Under the pieces are notes generated by a model. That model had not been told where the DNA came from and ran no database searches. It saw nothing but the letters and a program-made list of their open reading frames with translations. A stretch of 64,000 bases of DNA, taken from Dehalococcoidia bacterium. Its GTDB lineage: Bacteria > Chloroflexota > Dehalococcoidia > Bin125. The stretch spans positions 68,659 through 132,658 of the forward strand of contig JAJEBU010000126.1 of the NCBI GenBank assembly GCA_022822375.1, given 5' to 3'. The position numbers and the translations under genes were made by a program. Every line of letters starts with the position of its first letter. Position 1 is the stretch's first letter. Below, in pieces: positions 38,352 to 47,029 of this stretch.

Positions 38352-38702
38352 TCAAGGGTCAGCGTGCTCCTCGGCGGCCGCCTTGAGGTTGCGCAGCCCC
38401 TGCTCGGCCGACGCGTCGATCGCGCGCATGCCCCGACCAATGAGGAAGACGTTGCTCACACGCCAGCGCCAGCCGAGCGGGCGCGCGGTGTCGCTGATCG
38501 TGCAGCCGTTCGCTCGCGGACGCAGCTCATACGCGTGTTGGACGCGGAATCCCGCGCCCATGCGCACTTCAAGCAGCAACTGCCTCCCGCGCGACTCGGA
38601 GAGGACGACCGCCTGGGACTCATCCACGCCCAGCTGCGCCTCCGCACGCAGCAGCTCCCAGACATGGCCGATCGGCGCGTCGATCTCGACTGCTTCAATC
38701 AT
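38352..38702 (-). CDS. SRPBCC (START/Bet v1-like, polyketide cyclase/dehydrase-type) small lipid-binding protein
   Basis: 116 aa: MIEAVEIDAPIGHVWELL... is the typical N-terminus of activator-of-Hsp90/PKS-cyclase SRPBCC proteins. Confidence 0.6.
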   Translation of the reverse strand: MIEAVEIDAPIGHVWELLRAEAQLGVDESQAVVLSESRGRQLLLEVRMGAGFRVQHAYELRPRANGCTISDTARPLGWRWRVSNVFLIGRGMRAIDASAEQGLRNLKAAAEEHADP

Positions 38703-39288
38703 CCCAGGCCAACCGTTCGATCAACGCGCCAACCTCTTGCAGGTCAGCGCAGCGCGTGACGTGCTCGGGGTAACTCAGACCCATGTTGCGCGGCCAGGTC
38801 ATGAGCGCGACGTCGATGCCGGCGCGGGCCAGCAGCGCGCACGTTGCCGCGTCGTCATCGATGTGCAGCGATGCATCCCGGCCGCGCAGATACGCCTCTT
38901 TGTAACGGGGCGAACTGAGCGGTGACGCGTTCATGACCAGCTCGTCGATCGAGTCTGCGAAGCCGTGCCGCTCGAGCCAGGCGTTCGTCTGCGTGCGGCC
39001 GTGCTCGTGCCGCCCAGTGAGGACAATCACCCGCCCCGTCCGCGACGCGGCCCGGACGACCTCCAGCGCACCCGGTCTCGGCGGACGCAGCACATAGCGA
39101 ACGCGGTACCAAGTCGATTCCAGCAGACGATCCATGATGCCGCCCAACATGCCGGATGGCGTCGTCGAGATCGGCAGCTGCGTCGACGGGTCAGGCGCCA
39201 GCGACACATCGCGGTTGATCGCCGGATTCCATCCGAACGGCGGCTCGGCCAGGACGCCATCGAGGTCAAAGGACCAGAGGTGTGGCAT
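38695..39288 (-). CDS. HAD-like hydrolase/phosphatase
   Basis: HAD motif I FDLDGVL near the N-terminus (MPHLWSFDLDGVLAEPP). Start taken at the ATG of MPHLW; 8-nt overlap with the downstream SRPBCC gene. Confidence 0.6.
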   Translation of the reverse strand: MPHLWSFDLDGVLAEPPFGWNPAINRDVSLAPDPSTQLPISTTPSGMLGGIMDRLLESTWYRVRYVLRPPRPGALEVVRAASRTGRVIVLTGRHEHGRTQTNAWLERHGFADSIDELVMNASPLSSPRYKEAYLRGRDASLHIDDDAATCALLARAGIDVALMTWPRNMGLSYPEHVTRCADLQEVGALIERLAWDD

Positions 39289-39298
39289 GTCTCGACGG

Positions 39299-40276
39299 CT
39301 ACGCCCAGCCATGTTCGCGGTACCAGGCCATCGCTTCGCGCATCCCGTCGTTCAGGCTGCGCCGCGCACTCCAGCCGGTGTCGCGCTTGAGCGTTGAGGC
39401 GTCGCACAGCCACGCGCGCTGCCGCATTTCCACCACCCGAGTGCGATCCAACGTCGGCTCCGTGCCTGTCAGCTGCGCCCACCACTCCGAGCATCGGGCC
39501 GCGCCGTGAAAGACGCTCGCCGGCAGCGTGGGGATGACCAGTCGCTTGCCTGCCACCGACTGCAACTGGGCGAGCAGGTCATTCCAGGTGTACGGACCGC
39601 CCTCATCGCAGATGTGGTAGCGCACGACGCCTTCCAGGTCCGAGTTCAGGATCGCCGAAACTGCCTCCGCCAAGTCAGGACCGTAGATCGCGTCGACCAG
39701 ATTTGTCCCGTCGCCGAGTCTCACGGACAGCTTGCGTTGCGCCATCCAGAAGAAGGCCTGCAGCCCCGCATCGGCCGGACCGTAGATCATCGGCGGCCGC
39801 AGAATGGTGAGCTGCATCGTTCCGCGCTGTTCGAGGGCAGCCTCCTCGGAGGCGGCCTTGGAACGTCCGTATGCAGACACCGGATGCGGCGTCGTGTCCG
39901 GCGGTTCAGGTTCACGACCGGAAGCTGGACCTTGTGCGGCGATCGAGGAGATATGCAGGAACCGTTGCACGCCCGCTGCCGCCGCTGCGCTGGCGAGATT
40001 CGCCGTTCCCCTTCGGTTGACGCGCATGAAGTCATCTTGGTCGACCGCGCGCAACACCGCGGCCGAATGGACGACCGCTTCGACACCGACGCAAGCGGCC
40101 GTGAGCGACGCGGGCTCCATCAGGTCGCCCAAGACCCGCTCGTACTGCACATCTCGCACGTTCGAGTCATCGCTGGTCCGACGCATCAGCAGACGCACGT
40201 CGTGGCCGTCCGCATCGAGCTGCCGCGCGACGTGTCCGCCGACGAATCCGCTACCGCCGGTGACGAGGACTCGCAT
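39299..40276 (-). CDS. NAD-dependent epimerase/dehydratase-family reductase (CerR-like candidate)
   Basis: MRVLVTGGSGFVGGHVARQL... Rossmann GxxGxxG, and YGRSK catalytic Tyr-x3-Lys. ATG at 40276, 5 nt downstream of the AONS-family gene stop. Confidence 0.82.
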   Translation of the reverse strand: MRVLVTGGSGFVGGHVARQLDADGHDVRLLMRRTSDDSNVRDVQYERVLGDLMEPASLTAACVGVEAVVHSAAVLRAVDQDDFMRVNRRGTANLASAAAAAGVQRFLHISSIAAQGPASGREPEPPDTTPHPVSAYGRSKAASEEAALEQRGTMQLTILRPPMIYGPADAGLQAFFWMAQRKLSVRLGDGTNLVDAIYGPDLAEAVSAILNSDLEGVVRYHICDEGGPYTWNDLLAQLQSVAGKRLVIPTLPASVFHGAARCSEWWAQLTGTEPTLDRTRVVEMRQRAWLCDASTLKRDTGWSARRSLNDGMREAMAWYREHGWA

Positions 40277-40280
40277 GGCG

Positions 40281-41585
40281 CTACGAGATGACGCCCTGCC
40301 GGCGGCCGGCTTCTTCGAAGATCTGCAGTGCCCGTTCGAGCTGTTCGTCGGTGTGCGTGGCGATGTAGGAGGTGCGCAGGATGGCCTGCCCGCGCGGGAC
40401 GGCGGGCGCGATGACGGCGTTGGTGTAGACCCCGTGATCGAGCAGGTCGCGCCAGAACACTGCGGTGCGCACCTCATCGCCGACGCGGATCGGGATGATC
40501 GGCGTGGCAGAGTTTGCGACGTCGAAACCGAGCGCGTCCAACTCTCGCCGCATTCGCGCGCCGATCTCTTGCACTCGCTGAACCCGCCAGTTTTCCTCAT
40601 CGATCAGCCGCAGTGCCGTCAACGCCGCCGCCGCGGAGGCCGGCGGCAGCGCGGCCGTGAACAGCATCGGACGCGAGAAGTGGCGGATGTACTCGATGAC
40701 CTTGTGCGGACCGGCGCAGAATCCGCCCACGGACGCCAACGTCTTGCTGAACGTGCCGATCGTCAGATCGTCAGGCTCATCGAGCCCGAAGTGAGATCGC
40801 GTGCCGCGTCCAGTCGGTCCGACCGTACCGATTGCGTGCGCGTCGTCGACCAGCATCCGCGTCTGGTGTTTGCGGCAGACTTCGCGCAGTTCGGGCAGCG
40901 GCGCGAGGTCGCCGCCCATCGAATAGGCGCCATCGATCAGCACGAGCCGTGCCTGTTCCGGGTTGAGATTGCTGAGGACCCGATCGAGGTGCTCGGGATC
41001 GTTGTGCTGAAAGCGGGTGTACTTACCCAGCGCCAGCCCGGCGGCGTCGTAGATGGATGCATGCACGTCACGATCCAGGACAGAGATACCGTGTCGATCA
41101 ATCAGCGCCGAGACCGCGCCCAGATTGGCCAGATAGCCCGTCGAGAAGACGATGGCCGTTTCCATGCCGAGGAACTCGGCGAGCTCCTCCTCGAGCGTGA
41201 GATGGACCGGACTCGTCCCGTTCAGCAGGCGCGAACCGGTCATGGAGGGGCCGTATCGGTCGAGCGCGTCGTGCGCCGCCTCGAGCACCTTTGGGTGGCG
41301 TGTGAGCCCGAGATAGTTGTTCGAGCCGAGCATGATCACGCGTTTGCCATCGACGACGGCCTCAGGGCCGTCGTTGACCTCGATCGGCTGAAAGAAGGGA
41401 TAGAGGCCGGCGGCGCGTGCCTGGTCTGCGAGCTGGAAGTGGGAGATGCGATCAAACAGGTCGGGCGAGCCGACCTCGCGTTGATGGCCGTCTATTTCCT
41501 CCATGCGGAGTCCGGCGGCCTGCGCCAGATCGGTCAGCGACGGACTCCCTGAATCCGCGCCCGCGTCGGAATGGGCCTGCGTCAT
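40281..41585 (-). CDS. alpha-oxoamine synthase-family PLP enzyme (serine palmitoyltransferase / 8-amino-7-oxononanoate synthase-like)
   Basis: MLGSNNYLGL..., ...AIVFSTGYLANLGA..., PLP lysine in GTFSKTLASVGGF. 434 aa. Confidence 0.85.
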   Translation of the reverse strand: MTQAHSDAGADSGSPSLTDLAQAAGLRMEEIDGHQREVGSPDLFDRISHFQLADQARAAGLYPFFQPIEVNDGPEAVVDGKRVIMLGSNNYLGLTRHPKVLEAAHDALDRYGPSMTGSRLLNGTSPVHLTLEEELAEFLGMETAIVFSTGYLANLGAVSALIDRHGISVLDRDVHASIYDAAGLALGKYTRFQHNDPEHLDRVLSNLNPEQARLVLIDGAYSMGGDLAPLPELREVCRKHQTRMLVDDAHAIGTVGPTGRGTRSHFGLDEPDDLTIGTFSKTLASVGGFCAGPHKVIEYIRHFSRPMLFTAALPPASAAAALTALRLIDEENWRVQRVQEIGARMRRELDALGFDVANSATPIIPIRVGDEVRTAVFWRDLLDHGVYTNAVIAPAVPRGQAILRTSYIATHTDEQLERALQIFEEAGRRQGVIS

Positions 41586-41793
41586 CGCGATCTCCCATCA
41601 CGCCGGTCCGCATCTGCGACGGCAGGCGTGTCGCGCGTGTTTCCAGCGAGTGTACGCGAGATATCCGCTGAGACCATGTCGTTGGCGTCGCAGCGTTTGG
41701 TCGGGAGGTGGTTTACGGGAATCGGCTTGCGCGCTGCTTATGACGTGTGGCTAGAGTGGAATCACTGCCTGCGTTTGGGAAAGAACACGCGCC

Positions 41794-42582
41794 ATGATGA
41801 GACTCAGCATCAAACCAGCGGCCGCGCTCGCCGCGGCTGCCTTCCTTCTGCTCTTGATTCTGGACCTGATCTGGCCGGGACACGGAGTGTGGTTGCTGGT
41901 CTTCGGCATCCTCGTCGGCTTCGCAGCGGCCGGTATGTGGTGGCGAGATCGATTGATCATGCTCGCCGCCTCCCAGCCTCAGGCGCCGCGGCCAATCTCG
42001 TCCGTCAGCGCCTACGGCATCAGCGGAGCGGGTCTGCAGATCACGCCGCCGAGAGATCAGCAGGGCGTGCCCCTCTCACTGGTGCTCGCGCCGATCGCCG
42101 CCTTGTCGATCTTGCTCTTCATCGGCGGCGCGATCGGATCGTCGGACTCCCAGCTCGTGCAGGAAGTCGAACTACAACAGACGGAGGTCGCGGCCATTGA
42201 CCGCAGCCGCGACGGTGAGTCGACCGCGTTGCAGCCGAGTCCCCCCGCCACAACGACTTCAGCTCCCAGCGCCAGCGCGCAGAATGCGGTCGCGAGCGTA
42301 GCCCAGACACAACAGGATCAGGCGCCCGCACCCGTGCGGCCCATCGTCGTCGCAACGCCGACCGCGGCCACCGCGGCCCAGGAAGCTCAAGCAGCCGCAC
42401 CCGTGCCGGAGTCGATCCGCACGGTGGAGTACACCGTCGAAGAGGGCGACACGCTCTACGAGATCGCCGTGCAGCACGACGCCACGGTCGAGGCGATCAT
42501 GGACATCAACGGGCTCGACAGCCAGAGCTACATTCACCCCGGCGACGTCTTGCGGATTCCGATCAACGACGACGAGTCCTAG
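41794..42582 (+). CDS. LysM-domain membrane protein
   Basis: N-terminal TM helices, Pro/Ala/Thr-rich linker, C-terminal LysM (YTVEEGDTLYEIAVQHDATVEAIMDINGL...IHPGDVLRIP). Confidence 0.75.
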   Translation: MMRLSIKPAAALAAAAFLLLLILDLIWPGHGVWLLVFGILVGFAAAGMWWRDRLIMLAASQPQAPRPISSVSAYGISGAGLQITPPRDQQGVPLSLVLAPIAALSILLFIGGAIGSSDSQLVQEVELQQTEVAAIDRSRDGESTALQPSPPATTTSAPSASAQNAVASVAQTQQDQAPAPVRPIVVATPTAATAAQEAQAAAPVPESIRTVEYTVEEGDTLYEIAVQHDATVEAIMDINGLDSQSYIHPGDVLRIPINDDES

Positions 42583-42588
42583 CAGGAG

Positions 42589-43515
42589 CTAGCCGCTTGC
42601 ATCCAGCGGGACGTGCAGTCCGCCGCTGACCACCTGCGCGGCGCGCGCTTGTGCGTCGGCGTGGTAGGAACTGCGCACCATCGGGCCTGACTCCACGTGT
42701 CGGAAGCCCAACGCGAGCGCCTCCGCGCGGATGTCCTCGAACTCCTCGGGTGGTGCGTAACGCACGACTGGCAGGTGCTTCGACGACGGCTGCAAGTATT
42801 GTCCGACGGTCAGCAGTTCAACGCGCGACGCGCGCAGATCGCGCAGCAGTTGCGACACCTCGTCCCGCTCCTCGCCCAGTCCCAGCATGAATCCGGTCTT
42901 GGTCGGAATATGCGGCTGCCATTCCGAAGCGCGCTGCAGCAGTTCTAGCGAGCGCTCGTAACGCGCCTGGAAGCGCACGCGTGGGTAAAGCCGTTGGACG
43001 GTCTCGACGTTGTGGTTCAGCACAGTCGGCGCGGCACGCAGCACGGTGTCCAGGGCGTTCCAGTTGCCGACAAAGTCCGGGATCAGCACTTCCACCGATG
43101 TCTGCGGCCGCCGACGGCGAATCAGCTCGATGCACGAGGCGAAGATCTGAGCCCCACCGTCGGCAGTGTCGTCTCGATTGACTGAGGTGATGACCACGTA
43201 GGACAAGCCCAGCCGATCGACCGCCGCGGCCAGGCGCGCGGGCTCGGCCCAATCAAGGGGCTGCGGCTTGCCAGACGTGACAGCGCAAAATCCGCACGCG
43301 CGCGTGCAGGTATCGCCCAGAATCATGAATGTCGCGGTGCCGCGGTTGAAGCACTCGCCGATGTTCGGGCAGCGCGCCTCTTGGCAGACCGTGTTGAGCG
43401 TCTCGTCCTGCAACAGCTGGACGATCTGCCCGTAGCGCTCTCCACCTGGAAACTGGGCCCGAATCCACTGCGGCTTGCGCTCGCGCGTTCGCGGCATCAA
43501 TCGCCTCCCCGCCAT
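42589..43515 (-). CDS. lipA: Lipoyl synthase
   Basis: Radical-SAM CxxxCxxC (CTRACGFC) plus the N-terminal auxiliary cluster Cys motif (CQEARCPNIGEC). Confidence 0.92.
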   Translation of the reverse strand: MAGRRLMPRTRERKPQWIRAQFPGGERYGQIVQLLQDETLNTVCQEARCPNIGECFNRGTATFMILGDTCTRACGFCAVTSGKPQPLDWAEPARLAAAVDRLGLSYVVITSVNRDDTADGGAQIFASCIELIRRRRPQTSVEVLIPDFVGNWNALDTVLRAAPTVLNHNVETVQRLYPRVRFQARYERSLELLQRASEWQPHIPTKTGFMLGLGEERDEVSQLLRDLRASRVELLTVGQYLQPSSKHLPVVRYAPPEEFEDIRAEALALGFRHVESGPMVRSSYHADAQARAAQVVSGGLHVPLDASG

Positions 43516-44216
43516 CGAGCCATCGAGAGCCTCAGGCCGAACACGTCGCTGAAGCTTGCCGCAAGGATCGGCGCGCAGGCCTCCACCGAGGCATGTCGGC
43601 CCGCCTCAATCGACAGCGACGTCGCCGATGCGCCTTCGATCCCGCAGGCGCGAATGTCATCAAACCAGGCGAGGTCGACATCACAGTTCAGCGCCAGACC
43701 GTGTCGGCTGACTCCGCCCTGGATGCGGACGCCCACGCTGGCGAGCTTGCGCTCGCCGATCCAGAGGCCGGGCCGGCCGGACACGGCAGCTGCCTCGATG
43801 CCAAACTGCGCGACGGTCAAGCGCGCCGCCTCTTCGAGTCCGCGCACGTAGGATGCGATGCCGATCTGCCGCTCCCGAACCCTCAGGATCGGCCAGACAA
43901 TGAGCTGGCCGGGGCCATGAAACGTGATGTCTCCGCCGCGATCGGTATCGATGACGGGCGCCGACAGCGGTCGCAGCACGTGTTCGCGGCCGCCTCGACG
44001 CCCCTGTGTGTAGACCGGATCATGCTCCAGCAGCACCACAACTTCGGGCGCGGACCCGGCGGCGACGGCCGCGGCGCGGCTCTGCTGCCAGCTGTTCGCG
44101 TCTGCGTAGGGCACGCGTCCCGCATGCGTGATCTGGACTATCTGCGAGCGCTCGACGCCCCGCACAGATACCGGCTCGCGGCTGGTGCTCGTCGTCGCCA
44201 GCGTCTGCGTGCCCAC
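43497..44216 (-). CDS. lipB: Octanoyltransferase (lipoyl(octanoyl) transferase)
   Basis: ...ITFHGPGQLIVWPIL..., the ...RKLASVG... catalytic Lys region, and LALNCDVDLAWF. Overlaps the lipA start. Confidence 0.88.
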   Translation of the reverse strand: MGTQTLATTSTSREPVSVRGVERSQIVQITHAGRVPYADANSWQQSRAAAVAAGSAPEVVVLLEHDPVYTQGRRGGREHVLRPLSAPVIDTDRGGDITFHGPGQLIVWPILRVRERQIGIASYVRGLEEAARLTVAQFGIEAAAVSGRPGLWIGERKLASVGVRIQGGVSRHGLALNCDVDLAWFDDIRACGIEGASATSLSIEAGRHASVEACAPILAASFSDVFGLRLSMARWRGGD

Positions 44217-44323
44217 GTTGCCTCCCCACTCTGCCTCCCCGTGTTTTGCCTCTGTTTCAGTCTATCCAGCGACCGAAGCGCGGGAACGGTGCCGGTGCGA
44301 ATCTTGAGTAGACTGAATCCACG

Positions 44324-47020
44324 ATGACGACCTCTGAGTCTCCCTGGTTTTCAGCGCACCCCCGCGCGACAGACCCATTGGGCGCCGACGACTGGCTGGA
44401 AACGAACGACTGGATCGACTCCTTGCGCGATGTCGCACGGCGGCGCGGGCCCGACCGCGTCTCGCGGCTGCTGCAGTCACTCCAGATCGAGGCCCAGCGC
44501 GGCGGCATCCGCCTGCCCGTGACATCGCAGACGCCGTATGTCAACACGATCCCCATTGAGCGGCAACCCGCCTATCCCGGCGACCTCGAGCTCGAACGCA
44601 GAATCAAGTCGATCATCCGTTGGAACGCGATGGCGATGGTCGTCGAGGCGAACCAGAACAACCACGGCATCGGTGGGCACATTTCGACCTACGCGTCGGC
44701 GGCGACGCTGTACGAGGTGGGATTCAACCACTTTTTCCGCGGCCAGGACCACCCCAGCGGCGGAGACCTGGTCTACTTCCAGGGGCATTCGGCACCAGGC
44801 ATCTATGCGCGCGGTTATGTCGAGCGCCGACTCGAGCCAGCCCAGCTGCACAAGTTTCGCCAGGAACTCTCCGGCGGACTTCCCTCGTATCCCCATCCGT
44901 GGTTGATGGACCACTATTGGCAGTTCCCCACGGTCTCGATGGGACTGGGGCCGATCCAGGCCATCTACCAGGCGCGATTCATCCGCTACCTCGAGAACCG
45001 CGACCTGTTGCCGCCCACGGATCGCAAGGTCTGGTGCTTCCTCGGCGACGGCGAGACGGACGAACCGGAGTCACTCGGTTCGATCGCGCTCGCATCGCGC
45101 GAAGAGCTGGACAACCTGATCTTCGTCGTCAACTGCAACTTGCAGCGGCTCGATGGTCCGGTGCGCGGCAACGGACAGATCATTCAGGAACTCGAAGCCG
45201 TCTTCCGCGGCGTCGGCTGGAATGTGATCAAGGTGATCTGGGGATCGGAGTGGGACCAGCTGCTCGCGCGAGACGATGAGGGGCTGCTCGTTCAGCGCAT
45301 GGGCGAAGTGGTCGACGGCGAGTATCAGAAGTACACGGTGGCCGGCGGCGGATACATTCGCAAGCACTTCTGGGGCGTTGATCCGCGCCTGCTGAGGATG
45401 GTCGATGACCTCTCCGACGACGCCCTTTGGCGGATGCGTCTGGGCGGACATGACCCGCTCAAAGTCCACGCAGCCTTCCGCGCAGCCAGCGACCATCGCG
45501 GCGCGCCGACGGTCATCCTGGCTCGGACGATCAAGGGTTACGGCCTCGGAGAGGCGGGCGAAGGCCGCAACATCACGCATCAGCAGAAGGAGCTCAACGA
45601 ACGGGAGCTGATGCAGTTCCGCGACCGCTTCGCAATCCCCCTCTCCGACGAAGAGGTGATCGGTGCTCCGCTCTATCGTCCCTCGCCCGACAGTCGAGAG
45701 GCGTTCTACATGTCTGAGCGCCAGACATCATTGGGCGGGCCGGTGCCCGAACGGCGTTCGCCGCCGTCGCCGTTGACCGCGCCGCCAGACGACGCGTTCC
45801 AGGAGTTTCATGAGGGCACGGGCGATCGTGAGGCGTCCACCACAATGGGATTCGTGCGCATGCTGAGCCGGCTCATGCGCGACCGTGAGATCGGCCGTCG
45901 CATCGTCCCGATCGTGCCGGACGAGTCGCGCACCTTCGGCATGGAAGGCATGTTTCGCGAGTTTGGCATCTATGCGTCGACCGGCCAGTTGTACGAACCG
46001 GTCGATTCGGACCGCCTGCTCTTCTACAAGGAATCGCGCGACGGCCAGATTCTTGAAGAGGGCATCACCGAGGCCGGCGCGATGTCGTCGTTCATCGCCG
46101 GCGGTACCGCCTACTCGACGCTGAAGGCGCCGATGATCCCGTTCTTCATCTTCTACTCGATGTTTGGCTTGCAGCGCATTGGCGATCTCGCATTCGCCGC
46201 CGGCGACGCGAGGGCGCGCGGCTTCCTGATCGGCGCCACCGCGGGCCGCACGACCCTGAACGGCGAGGGCCTCCAGCATCAGGATGGACACAGCCACCTC
46301 CTGGCGTCGTCGATTCCCAATCTGGTCTCCTACGATCCGGCGTACACCTACGAGATCGCGGTCATTGTGCAAGAGGGCTTCAGGCGCATGCACGATGAGG
46401 ACGAGAGCGTGTTCTTCTATGTCACCGTCGAGAACGAGGCGTACGCGCAGCCGCCGATGCCCGATTCGGAGCTGGTGCGCGAGGGGATCCTGCGCGGCAT
46501 TTACCAGTTGGCCCCGTGCGATGAACCGCAAGTTCGGCTGCTCGGCAGCGGACCGATCCTGAATGAAGTGCGCCGCGCCCGAGAGATGCTGGAGCACGAT
46601 TACGGCGTTCGCGCCGATGTCTGGTCGGTCACGTCCTACACCGAGCTGCGGCGCGAGGCGCTGCGTACCGACCGCTGGAACCGCATGCATCCGCTGGAAG
46701 AACCGCGCCGTTCCTGGCTGGAGCGTTCGCTGGGAACATCGAGCGCGCCGATCATCGCGGCGAGCGACTACGTCGCAACGCTGCCGGATATGGTCGCCCG
46801 CTGGCTGCCAGGTCCGCTGACGGCGCTGGGCACCGATGGCTTCGGTCGTTCAGACACGCGCGAGGCCCTGCGCGACTTCTTCGAAGTCGACGCGAACTCT
46901 GTGGTCTGGTCGGCCTTGAGCGCACTGGCGCGGCGCGATGAGATCGATGGAGACACGCTGTTGCGCGCGCGCGACACGCTCGGCATCGACCCCGAGCGCC
47001 CCGATCCGATGTTGCAGTAG
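44324..47020 (+). CDS. aceE: Pyruvate dehydrogenase E1 component (homodimeric AceE type)
   Basis: 898 aa. N-terminal ...GGHISTYASAATLYEVGFNHFFRG and the ThDP-binding GDGETDEPES region. Confidence 0.92.
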   Translation: MTTSESPWFSAHPRATDPLGADDWLETNDWIDSLRDVARRRGPDRVSRLLQSLQIEAQRGGIRLPVTSQTPYVNTIPIERQPAYPGDLELERRIKSIIRWNAMAMVVEANQNNHGIGGHISTYASAATLYEVGFNHFFRGQDHPSGGDLVYFQGHSAPGIYARGYVERRLEPAQLHKFRQELSGGLPSYPHPWLMDHYWQFPTVSMGLGPIQAIYQARFIRYLENRDLLPPTDRKVWCFLGDGETDEPESLGSIALASREELDNLIFVVNCNLQRLDGPVRGNGQIIQELEAVFRGVGWNVIKVIWGSEWDQLLARDDEGLLVQRMGEVVDGEYQKYTVAGGGYIRKHFWGVDPRLLRMVDDLSDDALWRMRLGGHDPLKVHAAFRAASDHRGAPTVILARTIKGYGLGEAGEGRNITHQQKELNERELMQFRDRFAIPLSDEEVIGAPLYRPSPDSREAFYMSERQTSLGGPVPERRSPPSPLTAPPDDAFQEFHEGTGDREASTTMGFVRMLSRLMRDREIGRRIVPIVPDESRTFGMEGMFREFGIYASTGQLYEPVDSDRLLFYKESRDGQILEEGITEAGAMSSFIAGGTAYSTLKAPMIPFFIFYSMFGLQRIGDLAFAAGDARARGFLIGATAGRTTLNGEGLQHQDGHSHLLASSIPNLVSYDPAYTYEIAVIVQEGFRRMHDEDESVFFYVTVENEAYAQPPMPDSELVREGILRGIYQLAPCDEPQVRLLGSGPILNEVRRAREMLEHDYGVRADVWSVTSYTELRREALRTDRWNRMHPLEEPRRSWLERSLGTSSAPIIAASDYVATLPDMVARWLPGPLTALGTDGFGRSDTREALRDFFEVDANSVVWSALSALARRDEIDGDTLLRARDTLGIDPERPDPMLQ

Positions 47021-47029
47021 AGGTTCGCC

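Noticed and set aside
38248-38352. Hairpin GTTGC-GTCGAGC-AAC region between the GH-like gene start and the SRPBCC stop, as a terminator
   Set aside because: The stem is short (5 bp) with no U-tract, and downstream genes continue on the same strand. Insufficient support to call.
39506-41552. + strand ORFs 39506..40291 and 39804..41552 (582 aa)
   Set aside because: Antisense to the epimerase/reductase and AONS-family genes, which have clear Rossmann and PLP-lysine motifs.
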